Sequence record: PZ544694.1
Origin: a phage
Length of the DNA stretch: 56,700 bases
Reading direction: 5' to 3' (one strand)
Position 1 is the first letter of the stretch. Each line of letters starts with the position of its first letter. The notes beneath the pieces are model-generated. The model was not told the origin of the DNA and made no database searches. It was given only the letters and a program-made list of their open reading frames with translations. A program made the translations under genes and the position numbers. Positions 38,647 to 49,710 of the stretch are shown here, piece after piece.

Positions 38647-41600
38647 ATGGGGCTACACATGGGGATCGGCCGTGGCCCTATTGATGAATTGATGGAAATC
38701 GAGGTCGGCGGAAGAACCGCTTGGCGTGGTTCCGTTAAAGAGTCCTCGTTCTTTCGGATACGGGCTGAAAATCTTTTCGGGGGTAAGAAAGCGGAGGGAG
38801 GCATTGAGGGTGGTTTCGAACTCTACATGGGCGATAAGGATCAGGTCGTTAGCGACAAACTTAAATCCATGTTGGGCGGTGGGAGCCAACCGGAGTTTCG
38901 CGGAGTAGCTACCGGCTATTTCGATGGTTTAGTGTCGGCCATGAACCCATACCCGAAAGCGTGGCGATTTAAAATACGTCGCATCTTAAAAGGTTGGGAC
39001 GGTGGGGTGTGGTATCCGGAAAAAGCGGTCATAGAACTTACCGGCCACGATGACGAGGGGAAAGAGTATCCCATCAAGGCGATGAACCCGGCTCACGTTA
39101 TTTACGAGTGTATGACAAACCGAGATTGGGGCCGAGGTATCTCTCGTGACCTACTGTTTGACTCGGAGTTCCGAAAGGTGGCCGATACGTTGTTCGAGGA
39201 GGGGTTCGGGATCTGTATTGCGTGGAGACGCCAAGACACCCTAGAGTCTTTTATCCAGAATATACTTAACCACATTTCAGGCGTGTTATACGTCGATAAG
39301 TTTACCGGTACTTTCAAACTCAAGTTACTTCGTAATGACTACGATGCGGATAACTTGCCGGTGTACGGTTTTGAGAGCGGGTTACTACAAATCGAGGAAG
39401 CGACTAACGGCGCAATCCATGGTCTGATGAATGAGTGTGTCGTTAAATGGTTCAACCCGATCGTCGGTAAAGAGAGTCAAGTTCGAGCACAGAACCTAGC
39501 CCTGATTCAGACTTCCGGCGCCATCAAAAGCGACACATTCACGTATGAGGGGGTGCCAACCGCAAAACTGGCCACTATCATAGCAGAAAGAGACTTACGT
39601 GTTGCGTCTACTAACGTCCGCCGGTTCACCCTAGTTTGTGACCGTCGAGCATGGCGAGTACAACCGGGAGACGTTTTGAAGATTTCCGACCCAAAGACAC
39701 GCGGACTTGAGAGCGTAATCGTTCGTGTAGCGGACACAGAGGAGAGTAAACAATCCGATGGTCAGATACGATTATCTTGCGTACAAGACACGTTCTCGTT
39801 CGACCTGAACACGTTTACTGGTGTTCAAGACCCGTCTTTCCCTAAACCGAACCTAAACCCGGTTCCGGCCAGACGTTTAGTTTATGAGGCGACATACGCA
39901 GAATTGTCGTCCCTATTCCCACTAGGAGAGTTTGAGGCCATCAAGCCGTCTTTCGGGTATTTGCGGGCACAGGCGGAAAAAGGCTCACCGGTAACGATGG
40001 CGTTCGAGATGCACGTCCAAAACCCGACCACTGGAAAGTATGAGAAAACAGGTGCGGGGGATTTCACTGCGCTATTCGAATTACCGGTTGACCTTGGATA
40101 TTTAGACCGCTATATCCGAATGAAAGATCCGGTAGATGAAGACTTGATTGAAGTCGGGGACGTTTTTTACGTCAACCAAGAAATAATCATGATCCAGTCT
40201 ATCGAGGAAGACGGGTTAGTCGAAATACGTCGAGGCGTGTACGACACCGTACCTCACCAACACCCCGCTGGCTCCGTAGTGTGGGATATGGTTCAAGGTG
40301 GCGGGCTTGACCTGACAACCCGACAAGCGGGAGAAACCTTATCGGTGAAGATACTCCCATGGACGCTATCGGGTGGGGTTCTCGACGAGTCTAACGTGTC
40401 CGAAGATGAACTGACTTTCAATTACCGATTCTACCGCCCATACGCTCCGGGTAAAGTAGAACTCACCTCAGTGGAAAGCACGGAACCGAACCCTTGGTTT
40501 AATGGCCATGTTTTACGAGCGGACGTCGGAGAGGCCGAAGTGCCTGACGCCTTGACGATAACGTGGGCGCACCGAGATAGACCGATGCAACAAGACAAGC
40601 CTATTTATCATGAGCAAGATAGTATCGGGCCGGAGCCGGGAACGACATACCGAATTAGTATCCTAAACGCTAAGGGTGAAGTAATCCGCAGAGAAAACGG
40701 GATTACCGGCACACAGTTTGTCTACACTTACGGCCAAGCGAGCCTAGATTTGAACGTGGAAGCGTCAGCCATAGATCCGGTTGCTGGGTACTTGAGATTA
40801 GAGTCTATGCGCGACGGGTTCGAATCGTGGCAAAACTACTTAATACCGATCACCGTTTTCAAGAAACCGCCTCAAATGGCGTATGTTAGTTTCTTAAACC
40901 AATCTGTCGCTCAGGTGTCCGATAAAATCGACCCCGAAGATAAAGACGGAGAGACGGCCGTAGACGCAAAAGCCATGGTTAGTTTTGTCAACCAATCCGT
41001 AGCACAGGAGAGCGAAGATCTATCTTCCGGTGGCGGGGGCCTACCTGATGGCGTGAATGTTAGCTATGTGCGACAACCGGTTTCGCAACAAGGCAAATTA
41101 GTTCCTATCGTAGATAGCCAACTGTTTGAGTTCCCTTACTTAATGTTGCTACGCCATGGGTTCGAACCGTCCGCCTCACAATTCTTCGCTACGGTAGCTA
41201 GACCGTCAGACCGTGTAACCGACGGGTACGATTTGTTCGAGAAAGAGAAGAACGATACAGAGTACGTGAACCAAGGGGCGCAACCGTGGACGCCGTGGGG
41301 GATTCTGTCTAAGGCAATCTCATATCTGGATAATGAGATAATCCTCGATGCTACGTCGGATTCTGACGGGGTTCCTACTGAGGACGCGATGCCGGGCGAC
41401 GTGATTTTCGTCGGAGCCGAAGCGATGGTGATCCGGGGCATCGATGGTAAACGTATTACGGTTGGCCGTGGTTGTGTTGATACAATCCCCGCACTTCATG
41501 GGAAAGGTCAAGTTGTGTGGTTTGTCGACAAACAAATAGCTTCCGGGCAACGTAAATATCACGACGGCCAGACTTGCGTAGTTGCCGTAAGGCCTCATTC

Positions 41601-42426
41601 TCTCGCAGCAGAAATCCAGCCTAAAGACGTGGTAAACAAACAACTGGAAGTGAAACTACGCGCGGATAGACCATATCCACCGGGGTTCTTGCTCGGCAAC
41701 GGTGAGCACTTTTTCAAAGGGTGGGACGCACTGGCCGATAACTTTGACTACTATGACCCGCAAGGCAAAGACTTAGTGATGACGTGGGCGCACCGTAACC
41801 GAGTTCGTCAAGGGGAAACCGTGTTAGACCATCTTGATGTGGGACAACAACGGCCAAGCGACGTAATGTATCGAGTGTGGATCGGGAAACGATATACTCC
41901 TAGATACAGCAATCGCACAGTTACTATCACCATGGGGACGTATTATACTCGCGACGCAGGAATGACGATCAAGGCCGAAGACTTACACGCGTTCGGCAGA
42001 CGAGTAGGGATCTTGACGGAATCCACCGGCTACGTCTATGTTTCGATCACGGTATCCGCTGTCGATGAAAACGAGCTTAGTAGCTGGCAAGGATATAATA
42101 CTCAGTGTAAAGTACCCTCAATTCCGGCCAAGCGAGATGTTGACCCCAATCCGGGAAGACCTGACCCGGGAACTGGCGGTGGCGAAACTGGCGGTGGCGG
42201 AACTGGCGGTGGTACGAACCCCGGCAATCCAGATCCGGGTCAGCCTGATAGACCGAACCCCGACCCCGACCCGGGCAACCCTGATCCAGAACCTAATCCG
42301 GGCAACCCTGACCCTGATCCGGTCGAGCCTCCGCCACCGTTGGTTGTTGCCGGTTGGTCAAACAAGTGGGATCATGATTGGGCGGAACGACTACCAGACC
42401 AAGACGTCAAAGAGGATACTGAATAA
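38647..42426 (+). CDS. host specificity / central tail fiber protein (lambda gpJ-like) with Gly/Pro-rich C-terminal tract
   Basis: 1259 aa; region GISRDLLFDSEF...GFGICIAWRRQDTLESFIQNI colinear with lambda J (GMGKRLGAADVDKW...); C-terminal PNPGRPDPGTGGGETGGGG... at about 42145-42345. Confidence 0.6.
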   Translation: MGLHMGIGRGPIDELMEIEVGGRTAWRGSVKESSFFRIRAENLFGGKKAEGGIEGGFELYMGDKDQVVSDKLKSMLGGGSQPEFRGVATGYFDGLVSAMNPYPKAWRFKIRRILKGWDGGVWYPEKAVIELTGHDDEGKEYPIKAMNPAHVIYECMTNRDWGRGISRDLLFDSEFRKVADTLFEEGFGICIAWRRQDTLESFIQNILNHISGVLYVDKFTGTFKLKLLRNDYDADNLPVYGFESGLLQIEEATNGAIHGLMNECVVKWFNPIVGKESQVRAQNLALIQTSGAIKSDTFTYEGVPTAKLATIIAERDLRVASTNVRRFTLVCDRRAWRVQPGDVLKISDPKTRGLESVIVRVADTEESKQSDGQIRLSCVQDTFSFDLNTFTGVQDPSFPKPNLNPVPARRLVYEATYAELSSLFPLGEFEAIKPSFGYLRAQAEKGSPVTMAFEMHVQNPTTGKYEKTGAGDFTALFELPVDLGYLDRYIRMKDPVDEDLIEVGDVFYVNQEIIMIQSIEEDGLVEIRRGVYDTVPHQHPAGSVVWDMVQGGGLDLTTRQAGETLSVKILPWTLSGGVLDESNVSEDELTFNYRFYRPYAPGKVELTSVESTEPNPWFNGHVLRADVGEAEVPDALTITWAHRDRPMQQDKPIYHEQDSIGPEPGTTYRISILNAKGEVIRRENGITGTQFVYTYGQASLDLNVEASAIDPVAGYLRLESMRDGFESWQNYLIPITVFKKPPQMAYVSFLNQSVAQVSDKIDPEDKDGETAVDAKAMVSFVNQSVAQESEDLSSGGGGLPDGVNVSYVRQPVSQQGKLVPIVDSQLFEFPYLMLLRHGFEPSASQFFATVARPSDRVTDGYDLFEKEKNDTEYVNQGAQPWTPWGILSKAISYLDNEIILDATSDSDGVPTEDAMPGDVIFVGAEAMVIRGIDGKRITVGRGCVDTIPALHGKGQVVWFVDKQIASGQRKYHDGQTCVVAVRPHSLAAEIQPKDVVNKQLEVKLRADRPYPPGFLLGNGEHFFKGWDALADNFDYYDPQGKDLVMTWAHRNRVRQGETVLDHLDVGQQRPSDVMYRVWIGKRYTPRYSNRTVTITMGTYYTRDAGMTIKAEDLHAFGRRVGILTESTGYVYVSITVSAVDENELSSWQGYNTQCKVPSIPAKRDVDPNPGRPDPGTGGGETGGGGTGGGTNPGNPDPGQPDRPNPDPDPGNPDPEPNPGNPDPDPVEPPPPLVVAGWSNKWDHDWAERLPDQDVKEDTE

Positions 42427-42636
42427 ATGGAAAAAAGAATTTACATCAAACATGTTCGTCAAGCCGGATATTGTGCTAACGGCGTAGGCCGGGTATTAGA
42501 GCGGATCGGTGTTGACGAAAGAGACTTTTTACAGAACGGGTTGCTGATCACCCCGCAACTGGCTAACAACACAAACCCGATGATACGACGTGTGGTAGAA
42601 ATCGCACTCGCTGATAGTGAGGTAAAACGTGGGTAA
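42427..42636 (+). CDS. hypothetical protein (tail module)
   Basis: 69 aa frame-1 ORF. Confidence 0.3.
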   Translation: MEKRIYIKHVRQAGYCANGVGRVLERIGVDERDFLQNGLLITPQLANNTNPMIRRVVEIALADSEVKRG

Positions 42637-42873
42637 ATGGGTATCGAATGGGCTTTAGCAGCCATGGTCGCAAGTTTGCTGATCTCAATTGCGTTAACCC
42701 CGAAACCGGCTTCGGCAAAACCGCCGACGTTTGATGACTCTAACATACCTCAGATTGAAGACGGCACACCGCAAACCGTATATTTCGGGGAGTGCTGGAC
42801 AGGAGATTGGCAGGTGTTAGGTTACGGCGATATGAGAACTTCAAAAATCAAAGCAAGTCAGGCTAAAAAATAA
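42637..42873 (+). CDS. hypothetical small protein with N-terminal TM (tail module)
   Basis: 78 aa; TM LAAMVASLLISIAL; PQTVYFGECWTGDWQVLGYG motif. Confidence 0.3.
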   Translation: MGIEWALAAMVASLLISIALTPKPASAKPPTFDDSNIPQIEDGTPQTVYFGECWTGDWQVLGYGDMRTSKIKASQAKK

Positions 42874-43689
42874 ATGGCATATAATCAACTAGAAATATCC
42901 ACTGATGACGGTCAGCCGATTTACTTATATGAGTTTCGGCTGAACGACAATTATTGGCGATACACTTCCGCTAAAAAAGATATCCAGATGTTAGGGCAAA
43001 CTTGGCTTGGCACCCCCATGGAAGATGACGGGATACGCCAAACAAGTGACGCCCAATCGGATAGCCTAACCATCTTAATGCCTCAGTCGGCGGTAATAGT
43101 CGATTTGTTCCGGGGCACACCACCAATCAATGCAGTAACGTTAAAGATCCGCAGGTTCCACCGTGGCGATACCGAAGCAGCCGTCTGTTACGTCGGCGAA
43201 GTGCTACAACTAGATACTGCTAACGCTGCCGCAGCTAAGATTACGTGTAACACCCTTTCCGCGTCGATGGAGCAAAACGGTTTACGTTTAGCGTGGTCTC
43301 GCTCGTGCCCCCACGCGTTATACAATTCGTCATGTGGCGTAAACCCGGCCGAGTTTATGGTCGAAGCTACGATACAAAGCGTCGGGTCAAACAATATCAT
43401 GTCTAAGGATTTAGCACCTTACGGGGAATCCTATTTCGCCGGCGGATACATCGAATGGGTAGATAAACTCCGCGGGGTGGAGAGACGCGCTATTCAGGCA
43501 CACAGCTACGACTCAATAGAAATTTTCGGAACCGTGGGCGGAATTACCGGCGGAATGATCATAAAGGTATTTCCCGGCTGTCCTCGAACCGTGGCATCTT
43601 GCCGAGATAAGTTTAATAACCTCGCTAATTATGGCGGAATACCATCAATGCCGGGGCGTTCTCCGTTTGACGGAAATCCGGTTTACTAA
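42874..43689 (+). CDS. DUF2163-domain distal tail protein (GTA gp13-like)
   Basis: 271 aa; conserved Cys pattern SCPHALYNSSCG and GCPRTVASCRDKFNNLANYGGIPSMPG. Confidence 0.6.
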   Translation: MAYNQLEISTDDGQPIYLYEFRLNDNYWRYTSAKKDIQMLGQTWLGTPMEDDGIRQTSDAQSDSLTILMPQSAVIVDLFRGTPPINAVTLKIRRFHRGDTEAAVCYVGEVLQLDTANAAAAKITCNTLSASMEQNGLRLAWSRSCPHALYNSSCGVNPAEFMVEATIQSVGSNNIMSKDLAPYGESYFAGGYIEWVDKLRGVERRAIQAHSYDSIEIFGTVGGITGGMIIKVFPGCPRTVASCRDKFNNLANYGGIPSMPGRSPFDGNPVY

Positions 43690-45378
43690 ATGGCACTATT
43701 AGGATTACGGCCGTTTAGGGAGACAAATTCCGAGGGGTTGGCGCCAGAACAGAGCGCCCGCCTTTCGGGGGCGTACCAAATATTCGCCCAAGAAATCTAT
43801 GACAAGCCCGACGTCGGTCAAAAATATTACGGGTCTAAATGGACTCGTTTTCCGGCGGGGGAATATACGATATCGATGATCGCTAACGGCTTCGGCGGTG
43901 TTGGTCTTGAGGGAACCGTCATCGCGGATAATGTTAGTAACGGTGGGTCTTGGACTACGCCCACTACCGCAAAATTTTCGATAACGGCCAACGCGGTAAT
44001 TAAATTCGATATCTGGTATACGGCCAACGCGACTAATGAGCCAGCGTATTTCATCTACGTGATACATGATAGTACCGGAGAAGTATTTGAAGTATCGAGA
44101 GCGAATGAGTATATAGGGAATATCGTTCCTATCGAAATGGAAGATATGCCCCCACGACCTCCGTTCTCGGTAGACAATCGACTACAATTGCCGGTGTTCC
44201 TACCGAAACCAAACTGGAAAGATGGCGTAGTTGAGGGGCTATCGTGGCTCACTGACGTTCTTCAATCAGAAACGGGCGCGGAACAACGTAGACGACTAAG
44301 AGAGCAACCGAGACAACACTTGACGGCGAGTTTTGCTAGTTTCGGAGTAACGAGAAACCTAATTGACGGATACCTTACGGCCGTTGGCCCTAACGAGGGT
44401 TTAGTCCCCTTATGGTTTTACGAAGAAGTCGTAGACAACAAACTAACCGTGGCTACCGTGGAAGTGTTGGGGGACTTTAAAGACATACCGCTACGCGTTA
44501 ATGATACGGTGATCATTAGAGAACCTTACGACATGCTCGCTTTTGAGTTGAATGTCATCAAAGAATACTCCGACAATAAAATCGTATTACGGTATGGTTT
44601 ACAAAGAGATTTCATTCTCGGTAGCACAATAACGCCTATGCGACAATCTCGCGTGGAACTAACGGCCGAAGTATCGCAACTCACGGATCAAGTTAGCACG
44701 ACTCAACTACAATTCAGCGTAACCGAAGACCCGACAATATTTGAGAAGTGGGACGCTCCGGTTTACAAAAATACCGGATTGCGTGTGTTCACTATGGAAC
44801 CTAACTTTAGGGATATCGCATTTACATACGGGTCGAATGCAGTATTTTTCGATGGTCAGGTGGGCGGTATTTCAATGGCCTATCCGGGAGGTCAAGCGCA
44901 ACAATGGGAACGACTCGGGTTCCATATTAACGGCCGTGAGGATATGCGTAAATTCGTAGAGATGATCCACACAATGAATGGCCGGTGGAAATCATTTCAC
45001 TTACCGACGTACCGAGATGAATTTGAACTGATACAAGATATCAATACCAACGACGGGGCGCTTAGAGTACACCCATCAGGCTATACGCTTTACGGCCAAA
45101 GTAGCCAGAACACCCGAAAACACATCATGATCGAGTTGTTTGACGGCCGAGTTTTTTACAACACGATAATCTCAAGTAGAACTATGCGAGGGGAGGAGTG
45201 GCTATTCTTAGCAGAGACACTACCTAACATTGCAATGAGTGACGTTCGTCGTGTATGCTATATGCCGATAACTCGCTTAGATATAGATTCTATTGAGTTC
45301 CAACGATTAACTGATAGTCGGGGAGTAAGCACAGTTACGCTCGTATTCGTAAATATTCCGATGGAGCGAACCGTTTAG
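43690..45378 (+). CDS. putative distal tail / tail tip assembly protein
   Basis: 562 aa ORF between tape measure and DUF2163 protein; no motif recognised. Confidence 0.3.
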   Translation: MALLGLRPFRETNSEGLAPEQSARLSGAYQIFAQEIYDKPDVGQKYYGSKWTRFPAGEYTISMIANGFGGVGLEGTVIADNVSNGGSWTTPTTAKFSITANAVIKFDIWYTANATNEPAYFIYVIHDSTGEVFEVSRANEYIGNIVPIEMEDMPPRPPFSVDNRLQLPVFLPKPNWKDGVVEGLSWLTDVLQSETGAEQRRRLREQPRQHLTASFASFGVTRNLIDGYLTAVGPNEGLVPLWFYEEVVDNKLTVATVEVLGDFKDIPLRVNDTVIIREPYDMLAFELNVIKEYSDNKIVLRYGLQRDFILGSTITPMRQSRVELTAEVSQLTDQVSTTQLQFSVTEDPTIFEKWDAPVYKNTGLRVFTMEPNFRDIAFTYGSNAVFFDGQVGGISMAYPGGQAQQWERLGFHINGREDMRKFVEMIHTMNGRWKSFHLPTYRDEFELIQDINTNDGALRVHPSGYTLYGQSSQNTRKHIMIELFDGRVFYNTIISSRTMRGEEWLFLAETLPNIAMSDVRRVCYMPITRLDIDSIEFQRLTDSRGVSTVTLVFVNIPMERTV

Positions 45379-48300
45379 GTGGCAAATAGAGACGTAGAAC
45401 TACGGATCAGAGCCAGAGATGATAGTCAGAAAACGCTAAAGCAAGTATCAAAGACGTTAGATGACTTAACATCGGCGCAGACCCGTAACGCGGACGCAGC
45501 GAAACGAGGTGACGCTTCGGTCAGAGAACTAGAACAACAATATAAGAAATTAGAGAATGCCGGACAACAATTGCTCCGGCTTAATTCTTTAACAGAGATG
45601 TTTACCCGCCAGAAAGAGGCGCTTAATAAGGTAAACACTCAATTGGCCGAAGCCAAGAAAAAACATAGTGACCTTTCCTCCGCTATGAACGGTGCGTCTA
45701 ATGTCACTAAGAAAATGCAGTCCGACTTAGACAAAGCAGAACGAGCGGTAAAGCGTTTGACCGACCAACAAGACCGGTCGACCAAGAGCGTACAAAAGAC
45801 CGCCAAGGAACTATCTCGTTTCGGGATTTCGTCGAATGATATTGCGACCGCACAGAAAAGAATACGTGATGAAGTAACCCGGACAAACCAAGCGCTAGCC
45901 CGCCAAGAGAAGATCATAGGTGACGTGCCGACTCGCGCACAGAAAGCCCACGCCCAACTACTAGCAAGTTTGAAGTTACAAGCAAACCAACTGGTAGCGA
46001 GCACGAAAGGCTATCAAACACTTGGCCGAGTGATCTCGTCTTTACCGTCAATGTCCGGGCAAATGGCCGACTTGATGGCTCCGGCAGAAGCAGCTAGGCG
46101 TAAGATAGGTACACTAGAAAAACAGATAAACGATTTAGCTACGGCATCAAAACGTTGGCGCAAAGACGCTAGCGGTATGAATTCAGACCTAAAGGCCCTA
46201 GAAGCCTCCGCGAAATCGGCGATAGGAATGTCCCGCATGATCGAGACTTTCCAACGTCAAACCGAAGCGGTGAGAAAAGCGAGAGCGGAATACCGATCAG
46301 CACAGGCCGACGCTAAGAACTTAGCAAATCAGGTAAGACAAGCCGGCACAGCGAATGCCGAGATGGGCGCAAAACTTCAAGCGTCTAATGCTCGACTACG
46401 CGAAGCAAGCCAAGCGTTACGGAATGAAACGGCTTCCGCTAGACAGACTCAATCCGCGTTACGGTCAGCCGGTATTGATACTAGAAACCTAGGAGCGGAA
46501 CAACAACGACTCCGGGGATTAGTACAAAACTCGGTGGGCGGTATTAATAACCTCCGAGCATCGTTAGAGCGGTTGTCCGGTAGCGCCCGATCTTCCGGCA
46601 AAGCCTTTTCATTCTTCCGAGACGAGGGACGTACCACGTTGTCATTCATGCAGAGAATGCGTGGTGACGTTCTTAGTCTGGCGTCAGCCTACATCGGGGT
46701 TCAAGGCGCCGTAGACATGGCGAAAGGTGCGGTAGAGGCCTTTAAGGTTCAACAACAAGCCATGGTTAAAATCGGAACGGTGGTGGGGTCTGGCCCGGAA
46801 GAACGAGCGAAAGAATGGGAGTATATGTTAGGCCTCTCAGATGCGCTCGGTATTAAAATTGAAACACTAAGTAAGGCATATACCAAGTTTGCGGTATCGG
46901 CTAAGGAAGTAGGCCTATCGCAGAAAGAAGCTAAATTTATCTTTGAGAATATCGCAAAGACGGCTCGCGTATATCACCTATCCGACGATGATATGAACGG
47001 CGTGTTCTTGGCCTTGGAACAAATGCTCTCGAAAGGACAAGTTTATGCAGAGGAGTTGAGGCAACAATTAGGTGAACGTCTCCCCGGCGCCGTAGCGATG
47101 TTCGCGAAAAGTTTAGGTAAGACCATACCCGAATTTACAAAGATGATGGAGAATGGCGAGGTAGACGCCAGATCCGTGATTAACTTCGCGAACGAACAAG
47201 GCAAAGCTATCGAAGCGCAACTCGCCGAAGCGCAAAAAGGCGTAGATGCGATCGAAGCTAGAGCATCAAATGCGATGTTCAACCTCAAACTGGCGATATC
47301 AAAATCCGGGTTCATCGAAGCGTATACCTCGATGTTGGAGAAACTGACGGAGTTCATCACATCAGACCGAGGTAAAGAAGCAGCCGAAAAACTCGGAACA
47401 GCGTTCTCCGCGATTGCCGACGGGGTGATATGGGCCGTGGATAATGTAGACCTACTAATAGACGCCCTAAAGGTCTTAGCATCGATAAAGGTGATAAAGA
47501 TCTTAGTATCCACCGGCCGGAATTTGATATCCGTATTCAAGGAAGTTAAGGGCGTCATTTCAACGGTATTGCCTCTAGGAAAACGCTTGGTAGGAGGTAT
47601 CGGATCTCTAATTGCTAGCACAGGACTACTCACCGGTGCGCTGAAACTTCTACTAAGAGCGATACCGTTTGTCGGGGTGGCCCTGTTAGCGTGGGATATG
47701 GTTTCCATTCTCTACGAGAACAACGAAGCGTTCCGGAAGTTTTGCGACGAGACGATCGAGCGGGCTAAGTACCTCGGCAAGATGCTAATCGATTATGCGA
47801 AAGTACCGGGTACTGCGATATATGATTTATTAGTGTCGTTCGTCAGGCCAATAACTACGTTGTTCGGTGATTCCATCAAACAAGTTGGCAAGTGGTTGGC
47901 AGACCTGTTAGGAATGTTACCTGTGGTGGGGGACTCACTAAGCGCATGGGTCATGGGTATTACTGACGACCTGACGAAAGCTGACCGTGAGATATTCGAG
48001 TCTTCGAATAAGCTCAGCAAAGATATCGTAGACAATTGGGATAAGATGACCGGCGACGTATCTTATGTCCACGAAAAAGCCATGGAAACGGTGGCAGACA
48101 ATGCCGGAAAGACCGCCGGAGCCGTAATCGGTTCAATGGAACTGGTGAGCAAGGCTGCAGAACAGTTAGCCAAGAAACAAAGCGGATTCGAGTTTCAGAA
48201 AGACCCCGGAACGGGAATAGGTCAAAGAGACCTCGACATGCGTGCGTTGAAAAAGGAGATCGAGAAACGCCAGAACGCGGAGGAGAAAGCCGACCTAGCA

Positions 48301-49710
48301 GCCAGAAAAGCAGCACAACGTAAGAGCCTCGCAGGACGCCTACAAATCATCGATGAAGAATACGCTAAGATGTATGAAAAAGCGAAAGCCATCGGTGGCA
48401 AAGAGGGCGACGAGATGAAAAAGCAAATCGACGACCTAGTAGCTCACGCGAAACGGTCAGAGACGATGCTATTCAATGCTCAACAAAGTTCTAGCGGTGG
48501 CCTAGATAAGCGTAAGCGCAAGATCGATGCTATCACGCAAGCGCTTGAAAGAATGAACGCAGAAGTTAACAGACGTCAAACTAAGGCTGATCCGGAGTCG
48601 TCTCTCGATGACCGAATTAACGCGGAGATCGAGAAGTCAAACGTTAAGATTAATGCGTTGAAAAAAGAGGCCCTAGCCATAGGCGGACAAGAGGGCAAAC
48701 AACTGGCCGACAACTTGGAGAAGCTACGAGAGAAAACAAACCTCTATCTCTCAGAGAAAATGCAAGTCGAGGAGGTTAAGCGTCTTCAAGATGCAGTTAA
48801 TGCGCAATTAGAGATCAAAAAGAACAAGATTGAAGAAATCAACGCCAAAAGAAAAGCGGGCTTGATTGATGACCAGCAACAAGCTGACGCGATCAAGGCC
48901 ATAAATGAGGGGTCAATAGGGGCGATATCTTCATCACTAGACGCTCTTAGCAACCAAGTGGCGCAGTCATCTACATTATTCAGTGAAGAAGAACTAGTCC
49001 GGATAACAACTGGTATTAGTAAAATACGTTCCGAACTACAAGGCGTTGAGGGTGAATTCACTAAACTAGACAGCCAAGTTGTAAACGGGGTTCTAGGAGG
49101 TTTCGACACGGCGATCAACTCGGCTTATGATGGGATCGTTAAAGTCGCAACTGGGGCAGAAAGTATCGGAGACGCATTCGCAAACCTAGGCGTCGCAGTG
49201 GCTCAGTTTTTCGCAGATTTCCTAAAACAAATAGCTATGGCAATAATGCAACAAATGGTACTCAATGCGATAGCCGGCATGGGTGGAGGGGTAGGAGCAG
49301 CAGCAGTATCGATGGGCGGTGTGGTAGCCCCGGTAAAACACTCCGGCGGTGCGGTCGGGAGCGGAGGTAGGTCTAGAACCGTGGCTCCCTCTACATTTGC
49401 ATCGGCTCCGAAGTTCCATAACGGGGGAATGCCCGGAATTAAGCCTAACGAAATACCGACAATATTAGAGCGAGGGGAAGAAGTCTTATCCAAGAACGAC
49501 CCTAGAAATATCGCAAATGGCGGACAGGCAGCAAGACCGGGAGGACAAGCCGGCCCGACAAACATCAAACTAGTAGCAGTTGATGACCGTAGCAAGATAC
49601 CGGAAGCCATGGCAACGGCCGAGGGCGAGCAGGTTATGATTGTTAACTTAAACCGAAAATCACCCGCGATCCGTAGCATATTAAATCGCGGAAGCTCTAA
49701 GAGGACATAA
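45379..49710 (+). CDS. tail tape measure protein
   Basis: 1443 aa, GTG start; long coiled-coil N-terminal half, Gly/Ala-rich hydrophobic segments; position between chaperone and distal tail genes. Confidence 0.8.
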   Translation: MANRDVELRIRARDDSQKTLKQVSKTLDDLTSAQTRNADAAKRGDASVRELEQQYKKLENAGQQLLRLNSLTEMFTRQKEALNKVNTQLAEAKKKHSDLSSAMNGASNVTKKMQSDLDKAERAVKRLTDQQDRSTKSVQKTAKELSRFGISSNDIATAQKRIRDEVTRTNQALARQEKIIGDVPTRAQKAHAQLLASLKLQANQLVASTKGYQTLGRVISSLPSMSGQMADLMAPAEAARRKIGTLEKQINDLATASKRWRKDASGMNSDLKALEASAKSAIGMSRMIETFQRQTEAVRKARAEYRSAQADAKNLANQVRQAGTANAEMGAKLQASNARLREASQALRNETASARQTQSALRSAGIDTRNLGAEQQRLRGLVQNSVGGINNLRASLERLSGSARSSGKAFSFFRDEGRTTLSFMQRMRGDVLSLASAYIGVQGAVDMAKGAVEAFKVQQQAMVKIGTVVGSGPEERAKEWEYMLGLSDALGIKIETLSKAYTKFAVSAKEVGLSQKEAKFIFENIAKTARVYHLSDDDMNGVFLALEQMLSKGQVYAEELRQQLGERLPGAVAMFAKSLGKTIPEFTKMMENGEVDARSVINFANEQGKAIEAQLAEAQKGVDAIEARASNAMFNLKLAISKSGFIEAYTSMLEKLTEFITSDRGKEAAEKLGTAFSAIADGVIWAVDNVDLLIDALKVLASIKVIKILVSTGRNLISVFKEVKGVISTVLPLGKRLVGGIGSLIASTGLLTGALKLLLRAIPFVGVALLAWDMVSILYENNEAFRKFCDETIERAKYLGKMLIDYAKVPGTAIYDLLVSFVRPITTLFGDSIKQVGKWLADLLGMLPVVGDSLSAWVMGITDDLTKADREIFESSNKLSKDIVDNWDKMTGDVSYVHEKAMETVADNAGKTAGAVIGSMELVSKAAEQLAKKQSGFEFQKDPGTGIGQRDLDMRALKKEIEKRQNAEEKADLAARKAAQRKSLAGRLQIIDEEYAKMYEKAKAIGGKEGDEMKKQIDDLVAHAKRSETMLFNAQQSSSGGLDKRKRKIDAITQALERMNAEVNRRQTKADPESSLDDRINAEIEKSNVKINALKKEALAIGGQEGKQLADNLEKLREKTNLYLSEKMQVEEVKRLQDAVNAQLEIKKNKIEEINAKRKAGLIDDQQQADAIKAINEGSIGAISSSLDALSNQVAQSSTLFSEEELVRITTGISKIRSELQGVEGEFTKLDSQVVNGVLGGFDTAINSAYDGIVKVATGAESIGDAFANLGVAVAQFFADFLKQIAMAIMQQMVLNAIAGMGGGVGAAAVSMGGVVAPVKHSGGAVGSGGRSRTVAPSTFASAPKFHNGGMPGIKPNEIPTILERGEEVLSKNDPRNIANGGQAARPGGQAGPTNIKLVAVDDRSKIPEAMATAEGEQVMIVNLNRKSPAIRSILNRGSSKRT

